Positions 23,028 through 30,817 of a stretch of DNA of 35,540 bases are shown here, piece after piece. The stretch spans positions 1-35,540 of IMG/VR virus record IMGVR_UViG_3300019487_000015; one strand, given 5' to 3'. Position numbers and translations under genes: made by a program. Position 1 is the stretch's first letter, and each line of letters starts with the position of its first letter. The DNA comes from a virus. The notes beneath the pieces are model-generated. The model searched no databases, was not told the origin of the DNA, and saw only the letters and a program-made list of their open reading frames with translations.

Positions 23028-25047
23028 TGTTTACCTCTTGTTTTTGTGGTTTTGTGGCAGTTTGTGCCGATATAGAAATATCGTCCGCTTTGACAATTGT
23101 TTCCTGTTCACGGTTGATATCTTCTAATTTCAAAAATATATTTAAAAATTTAGCTATACGATCGTCATCCATAGCCTCTATTTCTTTCATAGCTTGAGCT
23201 CTTTTCAGGACAGCGTCTGCTCTATTATCTATAGATTTGGACGCGCGTTCATCTTCAAGCCCCATGTTTGCCACTGCTCGAGTAAATCTTTCTTTAGCGG
23301 AAGCAATGTTTGCGATTGCTTGCGATTGTATAAGTTGATTTTGTGTTTGGAGGGCTTCATTTTGCGCAGCTTGAGCTTCTGCTGCTGCTTGCTGTTGCTG
23401 TTCATTGTATTCAACCACTGCCTGCATGTATTCTGTCTTTCCTTGGATAGGAGCAATTTTAGCAAGAAATCCAGGGGGGACTGATTCTGGTTCAATGGCT
23501 TTAAGATCGAGCATTTGACGGAAGAACATTTGTTGCTGAGAATTAGTAAGTACACCTTCTTGGACGGCGATGTCATATTTAGAAACCTGTGTGTTGCGTA
23601 GATTTTCACTTGGCTCTTCATTCATGATTCTTCGCATTTTCACAGGAGACCACTGAAGAATCATCTTCACGACTTTCTTTGAAACTATCTCTTGTGCAAA
23701 GCGAAGATTGTCAAATATGTCTTGCAAACCAACAAGGGCTGCGCCTTGTCTTAGCATTACTTTCAACCCAGAGTCTTGCTCTGAATCTGCTTGTCCTAGC
23801 AATTCCTCTGAAATGTTTGCCACCTTCATGATGTCATCGTCATGGACGTTCTTCAGATCGAAGAAGGAAGGAGGAATTTGTGCGGGGGTTAACCTTTCTA
23901 ACGCACCTGGTTGTAGACCTTTTTTCTTCCAAACAACCTTGCCTTGTGAAGTCTGGAATAGAGAGCGGGGGTTAACACATGAATCTTCTTCTGCTATCCA
24001 CCCTGAATTTATCTGGCTTTCCACTATATCGATCATCTGAGAGCGACGCCGATTGGCTTCTCTTTGAGGATCGACCATGGTCCGAACGAGGGACTGCACT
24101 TTTAGAATGTAATCACTCGATTCTGGCTCAAAGATGCAGAAAACCGGAACGAATGGATATTCATTAAGTCCGTATGGATTTTTTTCTGTTCGTATATAAT
24201 TATTGTTAACTATTATGTGTTGTTCCACATACGGCTCAACACGAGTAATAAGTTCAATATTAGGATTAGAATAAAGAATGTGATCTGAATCTTCTCCATT
24301 ATATTCAAAAGTATTTGCATTTATTACATCATAAAGGAATTTCTTCTCTTCCCAACCTTGCACCCAAAATTCATCATAGGCCATCATTCTTTGGCCATTG
24401 GGCTGCTGTTGATATGGAAGCCATGTGAATTTATCGTCTCTTTCCCAGCCGATCCTATAGAGCATCTCTAAGTCTTTCTCATAGCCAGGAAGAAGAGATT
24501 TCACTTGCTCAAGCGAAAGGTATTTTCTTCTCTGGATATTTGAGCAATCAGAAAGGTCTTTTTTTGAGAAATAAGGATCACAGATAAAGCCATTGTATGG
24601 CTCTCTTCCAAAGCGAATATCTCCATTAAGCGGGTCGGTACGATAATCTTTCCATAAGCTGATGAGGTTCCACCCAGTGATTAACGCACCGCGAAAGCAC
24701 TCAGAAATGCACTCATATCCATCACCATATTGCATTACGTAGATCAAAAGCTTCGTTAGTTGGTCTGCAACTTGCTGATCTTGAGCTTCAGTAGGGATAA
24801 CGACAGATGAATGTCTGTGCTTTTTTTGGTAGCCAGACACCATGTTGATATTGGGTCGTATGAGGTTATAGACGAAAGTTGAGCGATTATCTTGGAAGAG
24901 TGAGCGTTTTTCCGCTTCGTTCCACTGATCTCCAAGAAACATCCGAAGATCTTGGTCTGCATATGGATAAAAGGCATTCCACGCATACCAGTTTTTATCG
25001 TATGCGTCGTCCCAACTATTAACAATTTCTTGGCCTGTCAGCCCCAT
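23005..25047 (-). CDS. portal protein, 680 aa
   Basis: Its size and its position downstream of TerL fit a portal. The N-terminal ...DQDLRMFLGDQWNEAEKRSL....R....NLIRPNINMVSGY is portal-like. The long Q/A-rich C-terminal coiled coil (QQQQAAAEAQAAQNEALQTQNQLIQSQ...) resembles a P22-type barrel. Confidence 0.8.
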   Translation of the reverse strand: MGLTGQEIVNSWDDAYDKNWYAWNAFYPYADQDLRMFLGDQWNEAEKRSLFQDNRSTFVYNLIRPNINMVSGYQKKHRHSSVVIPTEAQDQQVADQLTKLLIYVMQYGDGYECISECFRGALITGWNLISLWKDYRTDPLNGDIRFGREPYNGFICDPYFSKKDLSDCSNIQRRKYLSLEQVKSLLPGYEKDLEMLYRIGWERDDKFTWLPYQQQPNGQRMMAYDEFWVQGWEEKKFLYDVINANTFEYNGEDSDHILYSNPNIELITRVEPYVEQHIIVNNNYIRTEKNPYGLNEYPFVPVFCIFEPESSDYILKVQSLVRTMVDPQREANRRRSQMIDIVESQINSGWIAEEDSCVNPRSLFQTSQGKVVWKKKGLQPGALERLTPAQIPPSFFDLKNVHDDDIMKVANISEELLGQADSEQDSGLKVMLRQGAALVGLQDIFDNLRFAQEIVSKKVVKMILQWSPVKMRRIMNEEPSENLRNTQVSKYDIAVQEGVLTNSQQQMFFRQMLDLKAIEPESVPPGFLAKIAPIQGKTEYMQAVVEYNEQQQQAAAEAQAAQNEALQTQNQLIQSQAIANIASAKERFTRAVANMGLEDERASKSIDNRADAVLKRAQAMKEIEAMDDDRIAKFLNIFLKLEDINREQETIVKADDISISAQTATKPQKQEVNNAKAIPP

Positions 25048-25090
25048 TTACGCCCCTACGCAATAGAAATTACTTTCCGTAACGAAAGGA

Positions 25091-25146
25091 GCGAGGTGGG
25101 ATGGTTACGCACCCCATAGGCTGATCAGGCCGCCTCGCATGTTTTT
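25091..25146. other. GC-rich structured intergenic element (branched hairpin, terminator-like in both directions)
   Basis: A 9-bp closing stem GCGAGGTGG (25091-25099) / CCGCCTCGC (25130-25138, one G.T pair) encloses small internal palindromes (CTGATCAG). ATGTTTTT follows on the + strand. On the minus strand it is preceded by A5 and followed by UCCUUUCGUU. Confidence 0.5.
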
Positions 25147-25339
25147 AACTTGCTAGTCTATTAATTGTCCCAAAATGCAAATCACAATCTCCATCTTCAT
25201 AATGAAGCTCATTATTAAGCACATCTTCTAGCTTCTTTGCCATGTACTTGTAGCTATCATAATGAGGAATAATTTTCACGACCTTTTTACTGCCTTTTTT
25301 AAAGTTAATTTCAATATCAGCCGTAAAATTTTCTGCCAT
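25145..25339 (-). CDS. hypothetical protein, 64 aa
   Basis: The ORF overlaps the TerL 3' end by 23 nt. I recognise no motif. Confidence 0.45.
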   Translation of the reverse strand: MAENFTADIEINFKKGSKKVVKIIPHYDSYKYMAKKLEDVLNNELHYEDGDCDLHFGTINRLAS

Positions 25340-26576
25340 AAACTCTTTCCATTGAAATAGCCTCTTCTTCCGTCATGCTACTTTGCATTTTGTCAAAGAA
25401 ATGGCTGTATAAAGCATATCGCTGGGCATCGCAGCAGTGGTCGTTCTGTTTAAGTGGCTGGTCTATCCCGCGATTAGACGCCCTTTCATCCCAAAGGTAT
25501 GTGCTATATTCTTTGATCGCATTAGTGCACTGACAGCATATTTTGTAGGTCCCATTAGAAATGAGCTGACCCTGGAAACGAATCCCAGGAACCACGTCAT
25601 TGTTCGCATCTAATACATTGTTTATTCCGCCTCTACGCATTTCCACTTTAAATGAAAGTGCGGATGGATCGACATACACTGCCTTAACATTATACCCTGC
25701 AAGAAATTCAACTAAGTCTTTAACATATTCACTATCAGATTTCTGGCGATTTTTAGCGCGTGAGTCATAGTAGTATTCTTTTTCCAACCACATGTTGGGG
25801 TAGGTAGATGGATTGTATCCAATGAGGGAAAAGACACACGGATTAGACGTTCCATAGTCAATACCGCAAATATAGTATTGAGCTTGAGCGGGGGGGTATT
25901 TAATTACATGTAGAGATTCATCAAAGAAGTCATAGACAGACCCTTCCGCCAATACCCATTTGCCTTCTATGTACCGTTGGTACCAAAGCCCTGAGTATTC
26001 CTTCTTAAGGTTCCGCTTGTAGTCTTCATCCAGCGAAGGATTGTCTTCGATGCTAAACGAGAAAACATTTACGTCCATATCCGAGGATTTATCCAGGTAA
26101 TCGGTCTTGAGCCAATGGAATGGACTATCTGGGTTGGTGGATCCAAAAAGTTTCGCTCCTGGTAAAGATAGGCGAGAAAAGAGCATTTTGACAAAGTTTT
26201 CAGGTAATATGGTAACTTCATCCAATAAGGCACCCACATATTCGGAGCCACGTATTTTAGCTTCCGCTCTTTCATCATTAGCCCCTACTACATCGATTGT
26301 TCTTCCCCAAAGCTTGACTTCGCCTTTCCCTGACATATATTGAAGATCGTCACCGATTAGCTCTTGAAGCGGGCGAATGATGTTGCGCTTGATTGTTGGC
26401 TCTGTACGACCACACATGACGAGAGGACCTTTTGGCCCATTTTGTATAAAATCGATCCATCTCCAAAAGCAGGAATAGGACTTGCCTGATCGAACTGGAC
26501 CTTCCCAAAAGTTCAATCGCGCAGTACTTTCAATCAGACTTCTTTTCTGTATCGGACTCAGTAGTTCCTTTAACAT
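25317..26576 (-). CDS. terL: terminase large subunit (PBSX-like), 419 aa
   Basis: Walker A is GPVRSGKS, Walker B is ALLDEV, and the nuclease-domain CGIDYG lies in the C-terminal half. It sits upstream of the portal gene. Confidence 0.9.
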   Translation of the reverse strand: MLKELLSPIQKRSLIESTARLNFWEGPVRSGKSYSCFWRWIDFIQNGPKGPLVMCGRTEPTIKRNIIRPLQELIGDDLQYMSGKGEVKLWGRTIDVVGANDERAEAKIRGSEYVGALLDEVTILPENFVKMLFSRLSLPGAKLFGSTNPDSPFHWLKTDYLDKSSDMDVNVFSFSIEDNPSLDEDYKRNLKKEYSGLWYQRYIEGKWVLAEGSVYDFFDESLHVIKYPPAQAQYYICGIDYGTSNPCVFSLIGYNPSTYPNMWLEKEYYYDSRAKNRQKSDSEYVKDLVEFLAGYNVKAVYVDPSALSFKVEMRRGGINNVLDANNDVVPGIRFQGQLISNGTYKICCQCTNAIKEYSTYLWDERASNRGIDQPLKQNDHCCDAQRYALYSHFFDKMQSSMTEEEAISMERVYGRKFYG

Positions 26577-26949
26577 GAGAAAGTAGTATTTTCCATCCTT
26601 TTTTGGATTCTGTTTCAGTATCTTCTAGTTTTGGTTTCAAGAAATCGATTTGATGAGAATATTTTTCTAATACCCAGAATAGGCAAGAATTATCTCCTTG
26701 TTGTATGGCTTTGTGAAATGCTTTGCTCATACAATCTTCCACTAGACTTTTCCTCAGTTCTTCTATCCAATCTTCAAAACCCCACTCACGGATTTTTGTC
26801 CGTATCGTGTGATAGCTTGCCTTTATTCCATAGCTCTTTAAGAGGTATTTTTGCGCAGAGAGGATAAATCCCCTTGTCTTCTCAAGAGCTTCGATTAATT
26901 GCTCAGACGTAAAATTTGCGACCGAATGCCTAGACATACTCAGGGCCAT
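26530..26949 (-). CDS. terS: terminase small subunit candidate, 139 aa
   Basis: It lies directly upstream of TerL and overlaps it by 47 nt. It has an N-terminal HTH-like segment (SAQKYLLKSYGIKASYHTIRTKIREWGF). Confidence 0.6.
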   Translation of the reverse strand: MALSMSRHSVANFTSEQLIEALEKTRGFILSAQKYLLKSYGIKASYHTIRTKIREWGFEDWIEELRKSLVEDCMSKAFHKAIQQGDNSCLFWVLEKYSHQIDFLKPKLEDTETESKKGWKILLSHVKGTTESDTEKKSD

Positions 26950-27106
26950 CTATTTCCTGCAAAATATTTTCTGCAATATATATTGAGTTATTAAGATTGT
27001 TTATCTTCTTCAGCTCCACCTTTTTCTCACATACAGTTTTATTTAATTCGTATTTTAGTCTGTCGCACAAACAAGTTAATTGATTTATAGACTCTTCAGT
27101 TTTCAT
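26930..27106 (-). CDS. possible small coiled-coil protein, 58 aa (below the ORF-track cut-off)
   Basis: ATG at 27106; MKTEESINQLTCLCDRLKYELNKTVCEKKVELKKINNLNNSIYIAENILQEIDGPEYV*. There is only a weak SD (AGG). It overlaps the TerS start by 20 nt. Confidence 0.3.
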   Translation of the reverse strand: MKTEESINQLTCLCDRLKYELNKTVCEKKVELKKINNLNNSIYIAENILQEIDGPEYV

Positions 27107-27218
27107 ACTAACCTACTATATACTTGTTCCTTGATCCATTGGTAATCTGTTCGGAACCAAAGGGGCTTTTGCAAGCTTTGCCTTTTCTGCGGCCATCTTG
27201 TCTGTTTTTGACATCTTC

Positions 27219-27761
27219 TTATTTTTTTTCTTTGTCACATTTCACCTTCATTTTGAACGTCCATGAGCCTATTTCTTTTTCCGGAAACCTTTGCATCTTA
27301 TCGAGGAATTCGTGGAGCTCTTCTTTCTCACTAAATTCAAACGTTACCTTGCTCGCTTTCGGCATTGGCATCGTTTCTTCGAATTCTTTATCCTCGAACC
27401 CCCAATCTAAAAGATCATTTACATCCCACGTATTGGCAAGCTTATCCCAGTCCCAGTCACCTACGTTTCGGTTGAGTCTGATGTTTAGCTCGTCAACTTC
27501 GCGTTCAGTCAACTCTTCGTCATCAATCACCCAACATTCTACATCCGTGAATCCCAATTCCTGTAAAATCCGAATGCGTTGATGTCCGCCGATAATTTTA
27601 CCGCTAGCAGTAATGACCGGCTTATCAACAAGACCAAATTTTCTGATGCTCTTTTTGAGTTGATCCGCGTCATTTTTAGAAAGGACGCGTGGATTAGATG
27701 AATGTGGAATAAGCTCATCCAAAGATCGAGTTTCTAAATTCCACGCGCGGAAGGTGTTCAT
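27219..27761 (-). CDS. ParB N-terminal (ParB/Srx nuclease-like) domain protein, 180 aa
   Basis: LIPHSSNPRVL, KKSIRKFGLVDKPVI and IIGGHQRIRILQELG correspond to the ParB-domain boxes, including GxxR. The following DWDWDKL...LLDWGF is what normally links this domain to a methyltransferase in phage ParB-MTase fusions, but no MTase domain follows here. Confidence 0.75.
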   Translation of the reverse strand: MNTFRAWNLETRSLDELIPHSSNPRVLSKNDADQLKKSIRKFGLVDKPVITASGKIIGGHQRIRILQELGFTDVECWVIDDEELTEREVDELNIRLNRNVGDWDWDKLANTWDVNDLLDWGFEDKEFEETMPMPKASKVTFEFSEKEELHEFLDKMQRFPEKEIGSWTFKMKVKCDKEKK

Positions 27762-27988
27762 CTCTTCCGCTCCATTCTTGCAATATCGTCGTTGAGCATA
27801 TCAACGAGATCAAGGATTAATTCTTTATGCTTTAAAATCCAATCTTGATATTTTTCGCCAATTGCAAGAGTAGAATTGTATGAAACAATATCATTGATGC
27901 ACTCCACTTTTACGAGAAGATTTATGCAGTCTTGATAAGGTGTTGTGATTTCTCCAAATCGAAATATATCCGTCCTATTTCGATCCAT
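27758..27988 (-). CDS. hypothetical protein, 76 aa
   Basis: The internal ATG at 27988 has the SD AAGGAAG. The track start at 28033 would read through the better-supported small ORF 27975-28154 in another frame. Its stop overlaps the ParB-domain start (ATGA). Confidence 0.5.
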   Translation of the reverse strand: MDRNRTDIFRFGEITTPYQDCINLLVKVECINDIVSYNSTLAIGEKYQDWILKHKELILDLVDMLNDDIARMERKR

Positions 27989-28154
27989 TTTTTCTTCCTT
28001 TCGCAGCCATCTTCGCCATTTTCTTCGCGCCATATTTTTTACGGCCTATAGAAGCGGCTACTGCTGCGGGATCCGATACTTCACCCTTAGCAGCAAGTGA
28101 CTTTTCTAGCTTTGCGAAACGCTTTCCTGATCCGAGTTTTGGTTTTCCAGGCAT
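27975..28154 (-). CDS. conserved-looking small basic protein, 59 aa (just below the ORF-track cut-off)
   Basis: ATG at 28154 with a strong SD, AAGGAGAGAG. MPGKPKLGSGKRFAKLEKSLAAKGEVSDPAAVAASIGRKKYGAKKMAKMAAKGRKNGSK*. The G-S-G-x-R-F-x-x-L ... V-x-D-P-x-A-x-A-A-x-I-G-R-K-K-Y-G pattern is one I recall from a recurrent small phage/bacterial protein family. This is memory only. Confidence 0.6.
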   Translation of the reverse strand: MPGKPKLGSGKRFAKLEKSLAAKGEVSDPAAVAASIGRKKYGAKKMAKMAAKGRKNGSK

Positions 28155-28348
28155 CGTTTACTCTCTCCTTTTGGTAAAATAATCAGAAGACGTAAATTGT
28201 CCAGAGGCAGCCAGACAATTATGTCATTTTTTTCATCAATGAACGGTTTTCCTTTAACTATGGAATCTAAAAACCCACGAACTTGAGATTTCTCTAAAAC
28301 GAATGTATAGCTTTTCTCATCTAGGTATATTAAATTCGCTTCGTACAT
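28106..28348 (-). CDS. hypothetical protein, 80 aa
   Basis: A track ORF. Its last 49 nt overlap the small basic ORF. I recognise no motif. Confidence 0.45.
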   Translation of the reverse strand: MYEANLIYLDEKSYTFVLEKSQVRGFLDSIVKGKPFIDEKNDIIVWLPLDNLRLLIILPKGESKRCLENQNSDQESVSQS

Positions 28349-28355
28349 ATTTCTC

Positions 28356-28529
28356 TTAGGTAGCTGGTATTTTTAAATCTATATCCGGTGAAACATCAGG
28401 TTTGTTGCTTTGTGTCTCGTCAATAACGTCACTGGCTGTACCTTCTGTGTTTACCACATTTAAACTACAAGTACATGAATTACAAAGGAGTATAAGCCCA
28501 AGTTTTGGTATTATTTTTTTTTCCCACAT
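28356..28529 (-). CDS. possible small lipoprotein/secreted peptide, 57 aa (below the ORF-track cut-off)
   Basis: ATG at 28529; MWEKKIIPKLGLILLCNSCTCSLN... has a basic N-terminus, a hydrophobic stretch and Cys residues in a lipobox-like position. It starts within an A9 run shared with another small ORF (28511-28678). Confidence 0.35.
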   Translation of the reverse strand: MWEKKIIPKLGLILLCNSCTCSLNVVNTEGTASDVIDETQSNKPDVSPDIDLKIPAT

Positions 28530-28667
28530 GGCGATGATTCCCCAAAAATTTGAATATATTTCTTAGCCAACCATTCCGAAAATCTTTCGCAGTATGAAAG
28601 TGGTTTTTTAATGGGCTCTTTTGTCTTCGGTTTGGGAATTCGTTCTTTTGTCTTCTGATTCGCCTTC

Positions 28668-29411
28668 TTAGATTGCATACTCTCCCCTTTCTAATTTTTC
28701 CGTAAAAGCTTCAAAATCTCTCACTTCGGCGATCACATCCCCTTGCTTTGATACTTTCGTAAGCTTATTCGCGTGTTTTAATGCAAATTTGCTTAAAACG
28801 CAGGCGGAGGTCTGTAACCAATCCACGAGAAGATCTCCTTCAAATTCCCCAAAATTCTCTGTATCCAAGAAGGCAAGGTTTTTAGCATCATTGACAATCT
28901 CCTTAAATTCAGAGGGCGAAAAGAGCGCCATCACATTTTGTGCTTTTTCTGTTAAGAACATCTGTTTTTTTGCAGTCACCACAATCTCTACCCGTGGATT
29001 TTCGTCGTATCTTTTTCTTGCAGATCCCCTGATGATCATTGAATCATCGGCCCAAAGAATTCCGTTAGCACAATCTAGGTAAAATTTTTCGAGGTTATCA
29101 TAATCAGGTTTGCAATTTGCCTCGATCATCCCCCACAACTTCATATTTTTTATCATTACACTATCTGATACATTAACGGGAAGGAAAAAGAAAAATTCTA
29201 CGACAAAAATTTGTGCGCGACAGATCTCTCCAGCTGCTAGGTAAAGAGATTTATCCGTTGAATTTAAGGCATTTGCCATCTCTTTAGCGATAACTGCCCT
29301 CACAGTTTTTTTGATTGAATCTTGTGGATCGTAAGTGACAACGAATTGAGACCTCTTAGAAAAACGAGGTCTCATTTTTGCGAATGGCTTTCCAGGAATA
29401 ACTATTTTCAT
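28668..29411 (-). CDS. rusA: RusA-family Holliday-junction resolvase with a ~100-aa C-terminal extension, 247 aa
   Basis: The internal ATG at 29411 gives MKIVIPGKPFAKMRPRF... CKPDYDNLEKFYLDCANGILWADDSMI...RVEIVV matches the RusA catalytic Asp motifs (D-x-D-N ... D-D). The track N-terminal extension (Cys/Phe-rich) is implausible. Confidence 0.75.
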   Translation of the reverse strand: MKIVIPGKPFAKMRPRFSKRSQFVVTYDPQDSIKKTVRAVIAKEMANALNSTDKSLYLAAGEICRAQIFVVEFFFFLPVNVSDSVMIKNMKLWGMIEANCKPDYDNLEKFYLDCANGILWADDSMIIRGSARKRYDENPRVEIVVTAKKQMFLTEKAQNVMALFSPSEFKEIVNDAKNLAFLDTENFGEFEGDLLVDWLQTSACVLSKFALKHANKLTKVSKQGDVIAEVRDFEAFTEKLERGEYAI

Positions 29412-29546
29412 TCTAGCCAGCACAAAAATACATCTATAGCAAAAATAGTTATGAGAGCCATTAAAAACCATGCAGATATTATAACAAATCGACTCCACAC
29501 GTTTATAGTGAAGGCTTCAAATAAATCCCAGAGAAGGCTGACAATA

Positions 29547-29768
29547 CTAAGATTCATAACGAACAAAAGTTAAAAATTTCTTCCAATCTTCTTTGAAAAA
29601 TTCACCGAGCCTTCTCGCATTTAGCTCCCCACATTTTATTGCACCAGACTCGATAGCATGAATGGTTGTGGTATGAATTCCAATTGCCTCAGCCAACTCA
29701 TGCTTTGTCAAATTTTTATTCAGCCTTAGCTCTCTTAAAAAGTTGTGTTTACTATTCTTTGGGTTCAT
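29547..29768 (-). CDS. XRE/Cro-type helix-turn-helix regulator, 73 aa
   Basis: LRELRLNKNLTKHELAEAIGIHTTTIHAIESG is a canonical XRE HTH. Confidence 0.75.
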   Translation of the reverse strand: MNPKNSKHNFLRELRLNKNLTKHELAEAIGIHTTTIHAIESGAIKCGELNARRLGEFFKEDWKKFLTFVRYES

Positions 29769-30039
29769 ACAAATATTTATTTTCTAGTGTTTTTATTCTC
29801 TTTTCTAATGCCTTCACTTCCAAAAGATGACAAACAACTTCATACTCATCCTTGTTAAGTATTTTTTCAGCTCGTTCTAAACAGGAAAAAATAATTTCCA
29901 AGTCCAACCCTTTAATTCTTTCTTTTACAAGAAAGTTTTCTATTTCAATTAGCTCTTCGGAAGGAGATCTAGTAAAAAAAACAAATGCTAAAACACATAT
30001 CACACAGGCACTTAGAAACGAAATTATAATTTTTATCAT
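29752..30039 (-). CDS. single-pass membrane protein, 95 aa
   Basis: The ATG at 30039 has the SD GGAGAG. The N-terminal TM segment is MIKIIISFLSACVICVLAFVFF, followed by a charged helical region. Confidence 0.55.
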   Translation of the reverse strand: MIKIIISFLSACVICVLAFVFFTRSPSEELIEIENFLVKERIKGLDLEIIFSCLERAEKILNKDEYEVVCHLLEVKALEKRIKTLENKYLYEPKE

Positions 30040-30109
30040 TAGCACTCTCCAAGGGTCGCATAATTCCATCTAAGCATATCTACAATTTATACGCAAAACA
30101 TAATTATTT

Positions 30110-30817
30110 TTAAATGTCACGACCACGCAAGTCGGGTCCGTTAAATTCAATTGCGGTGCAGCATTTTAATCGCGAGCCTATCCGCTCTCCATAAACGCGC
30201 CTAATATCCTTGCCGCTCAGATTGGTAGAAATAATAGTAATTCTATTTTTCCCATAACGCTGATCAAAAATATCGTAGTAATCTCTTTCAATCTTTTTTG
30301 TATCGCGCTCCATCCCGAAATCGTCGATACATAGAAGTGGCAGTGAGGCAACATCATCTATAAAATACTTTGATTCAATGTATTTTCCTGATTCTGGATA
30401 TAATCTATTCTCCAAATCTATTGAACGAAAATATCTTAACTCGCAAAGTCCAAACAAGTTATTCTCTAAAAATGCGCGTATCAGAGCAAACATAAACATG
30501 GTTTTGCCTCGACCTGACGCACCGATAAGAATCAAACTTTTGGGGTTTTTCAGGATTTGGGATGCTTTTTCTTCGAAGCTTCCGTGAGAATCTGCGGGTA
30601 TTTTTAGAGTCTCAATGCAGGCATTCCTGTATTCTTCGCGAATCTTGTTTAAATCGCAAAATTGCGACCAGGCTGTTTTTTCGCCCAATTTCGCGTTTTT
30701 TTTGTTCGAGGCTACCATAGGACCAATTTCACGAGATCGTCGATCCTGGGGCAAATTAAGGGCATTCTTATGCACATCCTGAGTGATCTTACATTCTTGG
30801 AAATTCAAAATCGTCAT
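30110..30817 (-). CDS. DnaC/IstB-like AAA+ helicase-loader ATPase, 235 aa
   Basis: Walker A is GASGRGKT, Walker B is LLCIDDFG, and the sensor is IISTN. It overlaps the initiator gene 3' end by 29 nt. Confidence 0.8.
   Translation of the reverse strand: MTILNFQECKITQDVHKNALNLPQDRRSREIGPMVASNKKNAKLGEKTAWSQFCDLNKIREEYRNACIETLKIPADSHGSFEEKASQILKNPKSLILIGASGRGKTMFMFALIRAFLENNLFGLCELRYFRSIDLENRLYPESGKYIESKYFIDDVASLPLLCIDDFGMERDTKKIERDYYDIFDQRYGKNRITIISTNLSGKDIRRVYGERIGSRLKCCTAIEFNGPDLRGRDI

Noticed and set aside
25048-25146. The GC-rich structured segment considered as a tRNA or tmRNA-like gene.
   Set aside because: The closing stem encloses only about 30 nt (about 48 nt in total). No cloverleaf, T-loop (GTTCRANYC) or anticodon arm can be drawn, and no CCA-compatible acceptor exists.
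27124-27582. A 152-aa + strand ORF antisense to the ParB-domain gene.
   Set aside because: Its translation is S/L/F-rich and low-complexity with no SD. The opposite strand encodes clear ParB-domain motifs. It is a shadow ORF.
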